Below are positions 7,269-16,945 of a DNA stretch of 64,000 nucleotides, piece by piece; the first letter of the stretch is position 1, and the number at the start of each line of letters is the position of its first letter. The position numbers were made by a program, and so were the translations under genes. Source of the stretch: Chloroflexota bacterium (GTDB lineage Bacteria > Chloroflexota > UBA11872 > VXNJ01); the NCBI GenBank assembly GCA_965261345.1, contig OZ253449.1, positions 2,221,826 to 2,285,825 of the forward strand. The letters are read 5' to 3'. The notes beneath the pieces were generated by a model, which saw nothing but the letters and a program-made list of their open reading frames with translations, had not been told where the DNA came from and ran no database searches.

Positions 7269-9704
7269 GTGATCCGAACGAGTCCGATTTACCACGCCGG
7301 GCGGCCCGCAGCGGGCCGATTGCTGCTGTTTGCCCTAGCGCTCTTTTCAGCGCTGGCGCTGGCGGGCGGGGCCGCCGCGGTCGCGGTGCGGGCGCTGGGT
7401 GAAGAAAACGAGGGGATTTGCAATTACTCGGCGCCGATGCGCAATGCCCTGCTTGCGCACGAGGAAAAGGAATTCTTCCTGTGTGATTCGTCTCCGTTTA
7501 CCGATGATGATCAGGACTTTATCTGGGCCGGCGATCTGGACCTGGCAAGCCATGTGGGCTCGTACTTTACCCCCGGCCAGGGCGAGCTGGACGGCTATGC
7601 TGCAGGGTCACGCGTGGATTTGATCAGGCCCGGCTTTGCGGTAGACGACATAAATGCCGACGCGGCGCTGGAGTCGTACCGGAACAACGAGGATTACCGT
7701 GAGTTCGGCATCGATTCCCAAGGGTCGGAGGCCGATCGGCAAAACTCCGACGGAGTGCTGGGTCTAACCTTCCTGCTGGACGGTTCACCGCCGGCCCGCA
7801 GCGGATTGACCAGCGACAGGTTCTTCGGCACCGAGGGCGAACTGGTGTGGATTACCTTCCAGATGGGGGATCCGCCGGATGGATTCTCCAACTGGAAGGA
7901 TTCTGATCTCGATGGCGATGGTTTTTATCTAACGCTTGAGCTGGAAATTGAAACGTCCGGCGATTCGCGCTCGGTTTTCTTCCTGGTCAATTCGGATGAT
8001 CCGCCCGATACCCTCTATGCAATCCCATTCTTAATTCCCGAAAACGATGAGATCGAATCGACCCAACGGGTTGACGTGAACCTGACCCCAGTCGGCGTAT
8101 ACGACACCCGCGTGGACGCCGCCGACCTGGCGCCGACCGACTACATCGACGATGAGGAAGATCGATTCGAAGAGATCGAGCGGGCGCTCGCGCGCGGCGA
8201 TCGGGCAACCCTTGAGGTGAGCGACGACGACCTGCCGGCCAATCGGGTTTGTGACCGCAGCCGGGTGGTAACCGAGGCGCTGGAGGCGGCCACCGGTGAT
8301 GATTGCGATGAAATCAGCGTCGCCGACCTGGCCGGCATCGCCGACCTTGATCTTTCGGAGCTGGGAATCGAGACACTGGCCGCCGATGATTTCGCCGGCC
8401 TCGCAAAGTTGCGGAGATTGGACTTGGCTGGAAATGACATCTCCAGCCTGCCGGCCGGCGTTTTTTCCGGGGTCGGCTCCGAACTGACCGCGCCGACGGT
8501 GGCAGTGATTGACATAAGTGACAATGCCGGTCCCGCCGATCGCGGATTTTCACTGGCCAACGTGTCAAGCCGATTTCGCGCGAGCATGAAAGCGCGCCAG
8601 GCCGTCCGGCTCAATTCGTTCGTTAACATAAGCGACCCCAGCTACGGTTTCGAAGATTCCTCGTATTCGGTTCGCGAGGGGCAAAACCTGGTTGTCGGGC
8701 TCTCGGCCTTCCGCGATAGCACTATCACGTTCCGGGCGTTTGCGCGCGACAGCGGGCGCTATTCCGACACCGATTGCCAAGCCCCCTGTGAGGCCCCCGG
8801 GGCAGCGGTGATCGATGAGGACGGAGAGTATCTGCTCGGGTTTTCGGTACCGATCGACGAAGACGAGAACGACGATACCTTCACCATGCTTTACGGAGCG
8901 GGCATTGATCCCGACTCACTGGACTCGATCGCCGGCCTGGCAAAGCTCACCGTGACCGAAGCGGCGGTTGTGCTACCCAGCGAATTTGATTCGATCGTGG
9001 TATTGGCGGGCACCGAACTGATTACGGCCCCGAACAATCCCGACTTAGACCACAACCTCTCTGATCTATCAGTTACCCGCGGCCGGCTGCGCCTGAACGC
9101 TCCTTTCCGGCAGTTCTACTACGACACCGGCGGCCTTACACGCTGGGGCTACCCGACCTCGGAAGTCCTTATGCTTGAACCTGGCACGCTTTCGCAGTTC
9201 TTCCAGCGCGGTGTGGTCGACTTTCACGATGTCGGCTTCGGCTGGATCCTGGAACGGCGATTGACCTGGGACTACGTAGGTGGTGGAGCCGGCGGAAGCT
9301 TTGACCAGGGGGTCGAACCGGCGCCGGTTCAACCGGGCGGCGGACCGGTGGTCGGATTCGGTCACGCAGTGACCAACCAGACCGCCAGCGGGGGTCGCAC
9401 CGGATTCCTCGACACCTACAACGAACTCGGCGGAGTGGACAGTTTCGGCTATGCCAAGACGGCTGCGCGGGTGGACACCAACCTGCCGGGGACGCTATTC
9501 GAACCCGGTACAACCCCAGGATTTATTCGACAGTACTTCCAGGCGGCAATCTTCCAGCGCTCTGCGGCGGGCACCGTCGAAATTACCCTGCTGGGCGATA
9601 CGCTGCGCAATCAGTTGGTGCCGCAGCACTCCAGCATCCCCGCCTTCAGGCGCGCCAACCGGCTGCTGGAAGGTCAGGTCCTGAATCTGCAGCTGATCAA
9701 TTGA
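7269..9704 (+). CDS. Secreted/cell-surface protein: signal peptide, acidic Asp/Glu-rich region, leucine-rich repeats, two C-terminal LGFP-type repeats
   Basis: N-terminal hydrophobic segment LLLFALALFSALALAGGAAAVA. LRR-like LDLSELGIETLAADDFAGLAKLRRLDLAGNDISSLPAGVF. C-terminus GGLTRWGYPTSEV...GTLSQFFQRGVVDF and ELGGVDSFGYAKT...GFIRQYFQAAIFQ fit the LGFP cell-wall-anchoring repeat pattern. Paralogous to the CDS at 51587-52291. Confidence 0.7.
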   Translation: MIRTSPIYHAGRPAAGRLLLFALALFSALALAGGAAAVAVRALGEENEGICNYSAPMRNALLAHEEKEFFLCDSSPFTDDDQDFIWAGDLDLASHVGSYFTPGQGELDGYAAGSRVDLIRPGFAVDDINADAALESYRNNEDYREFGIDSQGSEADRQNSDGVLGLTFLLDGSPPARSGLTSDRFFGTEGELVWITFQMGDPPDGFSNWKDSDLDGDGFYLTLELEIETSGDSRSVFFLVNSDDPPDTLYAIPFLIPENDEIESTQRVDVNLTPVGVYDTRVDAADLAPTDYIDDEEDRFEEIERALARGDRATLEVSDDDLPANRVCDRSRVVTEALEAATGDDCDEISVADLAGIADLDLSELGIETLAADDFAGLAKLRRLDLAGNDISSLPAGVFSGVGSELTAPTVAVIDISDNAGPADRGFSLANVSSRFRASMKARQAVRLNSFVNISDPSYGFEDSSYSVREGQNLVVGLSAFRDSTITFRAFARDSGRYSDTDCQAPCEAPGAAVIDEDGEYLLGFSVPIDEDENDDTFTMLYGAGIDPDSLDSIAGLAKLTVTEAAVVLPSEFDSIVVLAGTELITAPNNPDLDHNLSDLSVTRGRLRLNAPFRQFYYDTGGLTRWGYPTSEVLMLEPGTLSQFFQRGVVDFHDVGFGWILERRLTWDYVGGGAGGSFDQGVEPAPVQPGGGPVVGFGHAVTNQTASGGRTGFLDTYNELGGVDSFGYAKTAARVDTNLPGTLFEPGTTPGFIRQYFQAAIFQRSAAGTVEITLLGDTLRNQLVPQHSSIPAFRRANRLLEGQVLNLQLIN

Positions 9705-9780
9705 CCGGGCCGGTTAGCGCCGGCCAGGCAGCGCCCGCCGCAGTCTGGCTGGCAATTGGTCGCGTCGCGTTGACGGGAGG

Positions 9781-10347
9781 GTGCGAGTCGTGCAATTAGG
9801 CTGGCGGACGGTGGCTTCGCGATTGGCCTGGAGCGGCCGCTTTCCGGTGTTTGAGGATGAGATCGAAGCCGAATTCGACGGACGCCGCCACACCTACACC
9901 TACCTTGCCTCGCGGGCCCGGGCGGTTTCCATCCTGGCCCAGGGCGTGGACGGTCGGATATTAACGGTGCGCGAATACCGTCACCCGCTCGGACAGGTCG
10001 TGCGCGACCTGCCGATGGGGTCGCTGCGCAAGGATGAGGACCCGTTGGCGGGGGCGGCCCGCGAACTGCGTGAAGAAACCGGGTACCGCGCCGGTAAGCT
10101 CGCATGGTTTGGCGCGGTGCATCCGATTCCGGCGCTCACCCGCCTTCGTTTGGAGTATTTTTTCGCCCAAAACCTCGAATTCGTCGGCGCCCAGCGCGAT
10201 GAATCAGAAATCATGGAAACCGATTGGCTAGAACTGGGGCAAGTGGTCGCTGGAATCGAGGCCGGCAACCTGCAGGCCGGTTCGATCCAGTTGGGGGTCC
10301 TAATGGCCGCCCAGCGCGGTTTGATCTGCCTGCCCGCGCCGGCATGA
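9781..10347 (+). CDS. NUDIX hydrolase
   Basis: Nudix box G.AARELREETGY. Stop overlaps the gltX start (ATGA). Confidence 0.75.
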   Translation: MRVVQLGWRTVASRLAWSGRFPVFEDEIEAEFDGRRHTYTYLASRARAVSILAQGVDGRILTVREYRHPLGQVVRDLPMGSLRKDEDPLAGAARELREETGYRAGKLAWFGAVHPIPALTRLRLEYFFAQNLEFVGAQRDESEIMETDWLELGQVVAGIEAGNLQAGSIQLGVLMAAQRGLICLPAPA

Positions 10348-11870
10348 AGCCCGAAACGCCTACCCGGCCGCGCTATCGGATCGCCCCCAGCCCCACCGGC
10401 TCGATCCACATCGGCACCGCCCGGACGGCGCTTTACAACTACCTGCTAGCCCGTCAAAGCGGTGGAGATTTCGTGTTACGGGTCGAGGACACCGCCCGCG
10501 ATCGAAACCGGCCTGAATGGGAAGCGGCGATATATTCGGGGCTTGCCTGGTTGGGCCTGGATTGGGATGAGGGTCCCGATATCGGCGGGCCCTATGGGCC
10601 CTACCGCCAGAGCGAACGCTTAGAACAACATCGCGTCTGGCTTGATCGCCTCATTTGCAGCGGCCGGGTCTATCGCTGTTTTTGCAGCCCGGAAGAGCTG
10701 GCTCAGGAACGCTGGGACGCCCAGCGGGCCAAACTACCGCCGCGCTATTCCGGGCGCTGCCGGCGGCTGTCGGATGCTCAGGTTTCCGCCCGCCTGGCGG
10801 GCGGTGAACCTGCCACCTACCGCTTTGCGGTCCCGCAAAAAAGCGTTGGCTACCCGGATTTGATAATGGGTAACCTGGAGGAAGACGCGGCCCTGTGGGG
10901 TGATTTCATCGTGGCCCGTTCCGACCACTCACCGGTCTACAACTTCGCCGTGGTGGCCGACGACTGCGACATGGCCATTACCTGCGTTCTGCGGGGGGCC
11001 GACCACATCTCCAACACGTTCAAGCAACTGGTGCTCTATGAGGCGCTCGGGGTTGAGGCTCCGCAGTTTGGGCACATCCCCTTGGCGCTTAATGCAAAAC
11101 GGCAAAAGCTCTCCAAACGGGACGGATCGGTCTCGATTGCCGAATACCGCGATCTGGGCTATCTCCCCGAGGCGGCAAACAATTTCATGGCCCTCCTGGG
11201 GTGGAACCCCGGCGATGAACGTGAGTTTTTCACCCTTGACCAACTGGTGTCCGAGTTCTCCGTGGCGCGCATCAATCGCTCCAACGGGGTCTTCGACAAC
11301 GATCGCCTGGACTGGTTCAACGGTCAATATCTGCGCCAGTTGAAGCTCCCGCAACTGGCCGAACGGGCCTGGACCTGGCTGCAGGCGAGTGGCTACTTTG
11401 ACGGTGCGGGTTCCCCGCGGAAATCGATCGGCGATGGAACCCTCGACTTCCAGCCGGTGGACCGCCCCGAGCGCGAGTACTTTTCCTCCGCCCTGGGCCT
11501 GGAACAGGAGCGGATCAAGAAACTGGCCGATCTGCCGGCGGTCATTTCGTTCTTTTTCGTCGATCGCGTCGATCCCGAGTTAAAGGATCTGGTGGCCCGC
11601 CGGCAGAGCCCCCAGGACACCGCGGCCGCGCTTACCCGGGTGGCCGATTGGACCCGCGGGCGCGATCTTTCCGATCTGGCCGCCACCGAAGATTTCCTCC
11701 GCAGCCTGGCCGCAAGTCTGGGTTGGAAGGCCGGAGTATTGTTCATGCCAATCCGGATCGCGCTGACCGGTTCGAAGGCGACTCCGCCGCTATTTGAAAC
11801 GATGGCCGTCCTGGGCGCCGGTCGGGTCCAGGACCGGCTCCGCCGGGCCGTTGCGGGCCTTGATGGCTAG
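10344..11870 (+). CDS. gltX: Glutamate--tRNA ligase
   Basis: Class I HIGH motif (SIHIGTART) and KMSKS-like KLSKRDG. ATG at 10344 precedes MKPETPTRPRYRIAPSPTG. The ORF track's upstream extension from 10224 is unlikely to be translated. Confidence 0.9.
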   Translation: MKPETPTRPRYRIAPSPTGSIHIGTARTALYNYLLARQSGGDFVLRVEDTARDRNRPEWEAAIYSGLAWLGLDWDEGPDIGGPYGPYRQSERLEQHRVWLDRLICSGRVYRCFCSPEELAQERWDAQRAKLPPRYSGRCRRLSDAQVSARLAGGEPATYRFAVPQKSVGYPDLIMGNLEEDAALWGDFIVARSDHSPVYNFAVVADDCDMAITCVLRGADHISNTFKQLVLYEALGVEAPQFGHIPLALNAKRQKLSKRDGSVSIAEYRDLGYLPEAANNFMALLGWNPGDEREFFTLDQLVSEFSVARINRSNGVFDNDRLDWFNGQYLRQLKLPQLAERAWTWLQASGYFDGAGSPRKSIGDGTLDFQPVDRPEREYFSSALGLEQERIKKLADLPAVISFFFVDRVDPELKDLVARRQSPQDTAAALTRVADWTRGRDLSDLAATEDFLRSLAASLGWKAGVLFMPIRIALTGSKATPPLFETMAVLGAGRVQDRLRRAVAGLDG

Positions 11871-11901
11871 TCCGGGCAGTAGTCCGCCAGGGGGCGCCGA
11901 G

Positions 11902-12258
11902 ATGGGCTGCAATATCGGCCCTGCGCACCGCCGCCGCAGATTGATCAGCGGGTTCATCATGATCCAATTGACGATCATCGGGTTTGCCATCCTGCTGGCC
12001 GTCGGGGCCGAACCTTGGCAGCGGGCACTTGTAGGGATTCCGCTCTGGGCTGGCTTGGTATGGATTGGACAGTTCCAGCAGCGAATCTGCATCTATTTCG
12101 TTTTTGCCGGAATATCCGACCCCGCGCTTGGGATATCGGCAGAGCAGCTTCAATCCGCGGCCTACCGGCGTGCCGTGCGCGCCCGCACGCGAACGCTGGT
12201 TGGGGTCAGCTTTCTGATCGCCTTGGCGGTTGCGGCCCTTTCGCTGCTAGTTCCCTAG
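11902..12258 (+). CDS. Hypothetical small membrane protein
   Basis: ORF immediately downstream of gltX with 3 predicted hydrophobic helices (IMIQLTIIGFAILLAVGA, GIPLWAGLVWIG, VGVSFLIALAVAALSLLV). No family recognised and the start is uncertain. Confidence 0.3.
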   Translation: MGCNIGPAHRRRRLISGFIMIQLTIIGFAILLAVGAEPWQRALVGIPLWAGLVWIGQFQQRICIYFVFAGISDPALGISAEQLQSAAYRRAVRARTRTLVGVSFLIALAVAALSLLVP

Positions 12259-13022
12259 GGATCTAGCAGCCACAGTTTCGCCCGACCGATCGGGTCGCTC
12301 GGGACTCGAAGATGACTGGGGTGCGTAATGGTTCCCGCCACCGCCCCAGCTTGGCCACTCCAACCATTCCACCAACCCGGGGCCTTCGCCCATCGCTCCC
12401 CTCGGCACCAGGGAGGGATCGAACTCATCCTCGATAACCGGTTCGATTGGAGCATTAAACGAGGGATGCTCGGCAAAGTCGGGTATTTAAAGTGACCACA
12501 TAGGGTTTCGCCCAAGAGGGTCAGCGGCAGGCGCAGCGGTCGCTTTGGGAGGTCGCTGGGGATTGAAAGATTGCGCCGGTTCAGCGCTTGGATTGACCAC
12601 GGCGGCCATCTGGGTCGAGTCGGCGGTGGGGTTCGAGTTATCGACTACAGACTGCCCGGTCGCAAATTCAACGTCGATTAGGGATCGGTGCAACTGGCCC
12701 ACAGTACGGATCGGGCAATCGCTGCGGCCGGCAGTGCCAGGGCGCCTCCGTCGGGGGCCGAAATTGTGCGTTTGATGGGCACTTGCAACATTTGCGGCAT
12801 ATTTTGCGCAGTTGGCTGCGGCCTGAACGGTAGCCGATGCGGTTTACCCTCGGGCGCGGTGCAATTGAACTCAGTTTTTTGGAAGATCGGTCCGAATAAC
12901 TTGTACCGGGCGGCATGGTGCGAATAATTTTTGACCAGTGGCGCTGGGACCCCAACTGTCGGGTTGATCGCCACCGGAATCGGGACGGCTCGGTACGAAC
13001 GCTTGAGCGGGTGGCCGGACTG

Positions 13023-14450
13023 CTACCAGCCCGGGAGGTAATCGGCCTCGGCGTTGAACAGCTCATCGGTCATCTTGGCGATCTCGTCGGTACTGCAGAC
13101 CGCGGCGGTCAGCGGATCGAGCATGAGCGCCTGTTTGGCCAGATCGCGGTCACGGCGCAGTCCGGCCAGGGTCCCCAGTTCGACAATGCTCATGTTGCTG
13201 CGGCAGACCGCCGCCATCTGCGGCGGCAGGGCCCCGTAGGCGGTGGGGGTAACCGATTGGGCGTGGGCCAAACAGGCCAATTCGACGATCCCGTCGGATG
13301 GCAGATTTGAAATCAAGGCGCCGGCGCCGGACCAGTTGTTGGGCACGTTGCCGTGGAAGACGAACGGCTCGTTCTTGGCCGATGCCTCAATGATCCAGGA
13401 GGCATATTCGAAGCTGCGGCGGGTCTCGATCGGCGCGCGGCCGTCGGCCATTGCCCGGCGCGAAGCTTCATCGGCGGCCCGCCGACTTGGCCAATTGGTC
13501 AAGAGGAACCCGGTCTGTCCGTGGTAGCCGCCTCGCATGAAGCGCTCCCTGGTCGTTGCCCGTTTCCGATACCAGGGCAGGTATTCGGAAAGGTGCCCGG
13601 AGCTCTCGGTGATGAAGGCGCCGAAATGGAGCATCATGTCCTTGCGCACCAGATCGAGCGAATCATCGCCCGGTTCGGCCCGCTCCAGATCGCGGCGCGC
13701 CTGGGCCTTTAGCAGCGGATACAGATCGCGCTCCCCGTGTTGGAGCCTTGTAAACCAGGCCAAGTGGTTGATCCCGGCACATTCCCAGGTCATCTGGTCG
13801 TATTCGATCCCGGCCTGCTGAGCCAGCAGCCGGCTGGTGCCCTGGACCGAATGGCAGAGGCCGACGACCCGCATGTCTGAGGCTTGAGCGGCCGCCTGGC
13901 AGAGCATTCCCATCGGGTTGGTGTAGTTGAGGACGATCGCCTCGGGGCAGAATCGCTCGCAGTCGGTAAGGATCTGCAGAAACGCCGGCAAGGTCCTAAA
14001 TGTTTTGAAAAGACCGCCCGGTCCGATCGTGTCGCCGATGCACTGATCAACTCCGTAGCGAGCCGGAATCGCGTTTTCGAATTCGATTGTCTGCAGGCCG
14101 GAAACCTCTATCGTTACCACGATCCAATCGGCCCCGGCCAGCAAATTACACCGGTCGGTGTCGGCTTGCAGGTCCCACTTGATACCAGCTCCGGCCTGGC
14201 CGATTAGGGCGCCGATCAACCGGCGCATCGTTGCCAGCCGATCGGGATCGACGTCCACCAAACGGATCTGGCCGCCGGCGTTGTCGGGGATGGCCAGGAT
14301 GTCGGCAACTAGCTTGGGGGTGAAATGGCTACCGGCGCCGACGATAACTACGTTGATGGGGGTCGGCATCGCTCCGGGAAGGCCGCGCTGGTTTTCCGAA
14401 ACCATCGTTTCGGTCCCGATTGCCGGCACAGTTACGGTTGGGTCAGGCAT
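13023..14450 (-). CDS. Glycoside hydrolase family 4 (NAD+/Mn2+-dependent alpha-glucosidase/alpha-galactosidase-type)
   Basis: N-terminal Rossmann segment INVVIVGAGSHFTPKLV and the GH4 core (NYTNPMGMLCQA..VVGLCHS). The true start may be internal, near 14369. Confidence 0.8.
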   Translation of the reverse strand: MPDPTVTVPAIGTETMVSENQRGLPGAMPTPINVVIVGAGSHFTPKLVADILAIPDNAGGQIRLVDVDPDRLATMRRLIGALIGQAGAGIKWDLQADTDRCNLLAGADWIVVTIEVSGLQTIEFENAIPARYGVDQCIGDTIGPGGLFKTFRTLPAFLQILTDCERFCPEAIVLNYTNPMGMLCQAAAQASDMRVVGLCHSVQGTSRLLAQQAGIEYDQMTWECAGINHLAWFTRLQHGERDLYPLLKAQARRDLERAEPGDDSLDLVRKDMMLHFGAFITESSGHLSEYLPWYRKRATTRERFMRGGYHGQTGFLLTNWPSRRAADEASRRAMADGRAPIETRRSFEYASWIIEASAKNEPFVFHGNVPNNWSGAGALISNLPSDGIVELACLAHAQSVTPTAYGALPPQMAAVCRSNMSIVELGTLAGLRRDRDLAKQALMLDPLTAAVCSTDEIAKMTDELFNAEADYLPGW

Positions 14451-14538
14451 TGCGGTCGTTATTCCTTAGCGTCGCCGGCGGAAGATCGGAGCGGTCGCTC
14501 GCGGCACCGATCGGATGTGTGCCTTCGCGGTTGGACAC

Positions 14539-15318
14539 CTAAAAGATCGTAAACCCGCCATCGACGACGAGGTCCAGGCCGACCGTGAAATTCGAGGCCG
14601 CAGACGCCAAGTAAATCACCGCACCCTGAAGGTCCTCGACCGAACCCATGCGCCCGATCGGAGTGTCGCGCAGCCAGATCGGCTGACAGTGCTCGCGGAT
14701 CCGGGGGTTGTCGGCCATATCGGTGGTAATGTAGCCGGGGCTGAGGGCGTTGACATAAATGCCATGCGCGATCCATTCGGCCGCCAGCGAGCGGGTCAGG
14801 TGAATCAGGCCGGCTTTGGAGGTGTTGTAGTGCGCCTGCCACTGCGGGCGGTTGACTATGCTGCCCGACATCGAGGCGTTGTTGATGATCTTGCCGCCCC
14901 CGGTGGGAATCATGGCCCGGGCTTCGGCCTGCATGCATAAGAACGGCCCCTTGAGGTTGGTGTCAATTACCCAGTCCCAACCCGCTTCCGAGGTGTCCAG
15001 GGTGGCGGCGTGCTCGCCGACGCCGGCATTGTTGACTGCAATGTCAAGGCGATCCCAGCGGGCCACTATATCCTCGACGAATCCATCAACCTCTGATTTT
15101 TGGGTCACGTCCGCCGGCAATACCAGGGTGCGTCGCCCAAGGCCGTCGATCGCCGCGGCGGTCTCTTCCAACGGCGCCTGGCGGCGCCCGACCAGGGCGA
15201 CGTCGGCCCCGGCTTCAGCCAGCCCAATCGCCAGTGCCCGCCCGATGCCAGAACCGGCGCCGGTTACCACGGCGTTCTTGTCGGCCAGCGAAAATCGATC
15301 GAGTACACCCATCAGCAT
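14539..15318 (-). CDS. SDR-family short-chain dehydrogenase/reductase
   Basis: TGAGSGIGRA cofactor motif, NNAG, and catalytic YNTSK. Co-oriented with and upstream of the GH4 gene. Confidence 0.8.
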   Translation of the reverse strand: MLMGVLDRFSLADKNAVVTGAGSGIGRALAIGLAEAGADVALVGRRQAPLEETAAAIDGLGRRTLVLPADVTQKSEVDGFVEDIVARWDRLDIAVNNAGVGEHAATLDTSEAGWDWVIDTNLKGPFLCMQAEARAMIPTGGGKIINNASMSGSIVNRPQWQAHYNTSKAGLIHLTRSLAAEWIAHGIYVNALSPGYITTDMADNPRIREHCQPIWLRDTPIGRMGSVEDLQGAVIYLASAASNFTVGLDLVVDGGFTIF

Positions 15319-15411
15319 CTCCTATTTAAGTTGCCTGCCGTCTAACTTTTGCATTAACGCGCTCCTAGAATTTTTAATGAGTCGGCAGCACCCGGAACGA
15401 AAAAATAACCA

Positions 15412-15723
15412 ATGGCAAAAACTGGACCGCGGATCAAGGCCCTCAGCCTGAACCCCGACGCCAAGCCAACCAGAATCGATACCGACCGTTACTACCAGAT
15501 GAAGGCGGCGATCCTGTCCGAAATCTGCGGCCGCAAGCTGGCCATCGCCTTCTCCGATCTGGCTCCGACCCTGGTGACCAGGCTCCGTGGTCCAGTCTGG
15601 CGCGGCGCCTCGATCAAATGGCATGCCACGACCGTAAAGTTGGATCTTGAGGCCCGTGGCCTGATCCACCGGACTCAGATTCGCAATCGCCAATACCTAA
15701 ATCCTGGACCCGGATCGCGATGA
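15412..15723 (+). CDS. Hypothetical protein
   Basis: 103-aa ORF with reasonable composition. Its stop overlaps the start of the downstream DUF454 gene (ATGA). No family recognised. Confidence 0.4.
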   Translation: MAKTGPRIKALSLNPDAKPTRIDTDRYYQMKAAILSEICGRKLAIAFSDLAPTLVTRLRGPVWRGASIKWHATTVKLDLEARGLIHRTQIRNRQYLNPGPGSR

Positions 15724-16118
15724 CAGGCACGGCCTGGTCAAGGCGCCTGGTGCGCTATCTCTATCTACTGGGCGGCCTGCTGTGCCTGCTGTTGGCAGGC
15801 ATTGGCGTGGTGGTCCCGGGAATGCCGACCACGGTGTTTCTGTTGCTGGCGGCCGGAGCGTTTGCGCGCAGCTGCCCGGTTATGTATCGCTGGCTGATCG
15901 ACAACCGGCTATTTGGCCCTTACCTGCGCGCCTGGCAGGAAAATCCTTCGCTTCCGCGCTGGCTGAAGGCCTACATCGTCGCGGTAATACTTTTCAGCGT
16001 TACCGCGTCGCTGCTGCTGGCAAACCCGCCGTTCCTGATCGGGGTACCGGCGGTCGGACTGGCGCTGGTGGGCTGTTATTGGGTCTCGCTCAGGGTTCCC
16101 ACCCGGACGGCTGGTTGA
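15720..16118 (+). CDS. DUF454/YbaN-family inner-membrane protein
   Basis: ~130 aa with the YbaN-like topology: LLGGLLCLLLAGIGVVVPGMPTTVFLLLAAGAFARS...YIVAVILFSVTASLLL. Confidence 0.65.
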   Translation: MTGTAWSRRLVRYLYLLGGLLCLLLAGIGVVVPGMPTTVFLLLAAGAFARSCPVMYRWLIDNRLFGPYLRAWQENPSLPRWLKAYIVAVILFSVTASLLLANPPFLIGVPAVGLALVGCYWVSLRVPTRTAG

Positions 16119-16136
16119 GGCCGGCAAATAACCGCT

Positions 16137-16838
16137 CTAAGCCTTAATCGCCGAGGGACAGAGTTCGGCCAGTTGGCAGTTAGGGCAATCAGCCCGGCGG
16201 GCCTTGCAGATCCGGCGGCCGTGCCAAATCAAGCTATGCCCAAAGAAAACCCACTCGGCCTGGTCCACCAGCGCCATTAGGTCCTTTTCAATCCTTACTG
16301 GGTCCTGGGCGGTGGTCAATCCCAAGCGTTGGGCGAGCCGGCTGATATGGGTATCTACGACGATCCCGCTGGCGATTCCAAACGCGGTTCCAAGCACCAC
16401 GTTGGCTGTCTTACGGGCTACTCCGCGAAGGGTCAGCAACTCGTCCATCGAGGCGGGCAACCGGCCGTCGTACTCCTCAACCACCCTGGTCGCGGCGGCC
16501 TTGATCGCCCGCGCCTTATTGCGGAAGAACCCGGTGCGCCGAACCAACTCTTCAATTTCAGCAAGATCGGCGGCGGCAAAGTCGGTCGGCGAGGGAAAGC
16601 GGGCAAACAAGGCCGGAGTCTCGGCGTTGACCCGTTCGTCGGTGCATTGCGCCGAAAGAATCGTGGCAACGGTAAGCTCCCATGCGCTGGAATATTGCAG
16701 TTCGCAGTCGGCATCGGGGTACAGCGCCCTGAGTTGGGCCACGATCGTTGCGGTCCGCTCGGTTCGCTTGGCTCGGCTTTCGCGCCAGCGCCGAATCTTG
16801 ACTGCGCCGGATTTAGGTTTGGCATTGCGGGCGGCCAA
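16137..16838 (-). CDS. nth: Endonuclease III (DNA-(apurinic/apyrimidinic site) lyase)
   Basis: HhH-GPD core (LTLRGVARKTANVVL) and C-terminal 4Fe-4S motif C-x6-C-x2-C-x5-C (CKARRADCPNCQLAELC). Confidence 0.85.
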   Translation of the reverse strand: MAARNAKPKSGAVKIRRWRESRAKRTERTATIVAQLRALYPDADCELQYSSAWELTVATILSAQCTDERVNAETPALFARFPSPTDFAAADLAEIEELVRRTGFFRNKARAIKAAATRVVEEYDGRLPASMDELLTLRGVARKTANVVLGTAFGIASGIVVDTHISRLAQRLGLTTAQDPVRIEKDLMALVDQAEWVFFGHSLIWHGRRICKARRADCPNCQLAELCPSAIKA

Positions 16839-16945
16839 TTAACGCTACCTTTGGTACTTTGCTACATGTCGTGATTATCTTGGTAGATTGCCAATCTGCC
16901 CGGTTATTGTGAAGGCTGGCGAAAAAGATTTGGAGCTGGCCAGAG

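Noticed and set aside
16204-16874. Plus-strand ORFs of 212 and 181 aa antisense to nth
   Set aside because: They overlap a strongly supported endonuclease III gene, with no motifs.
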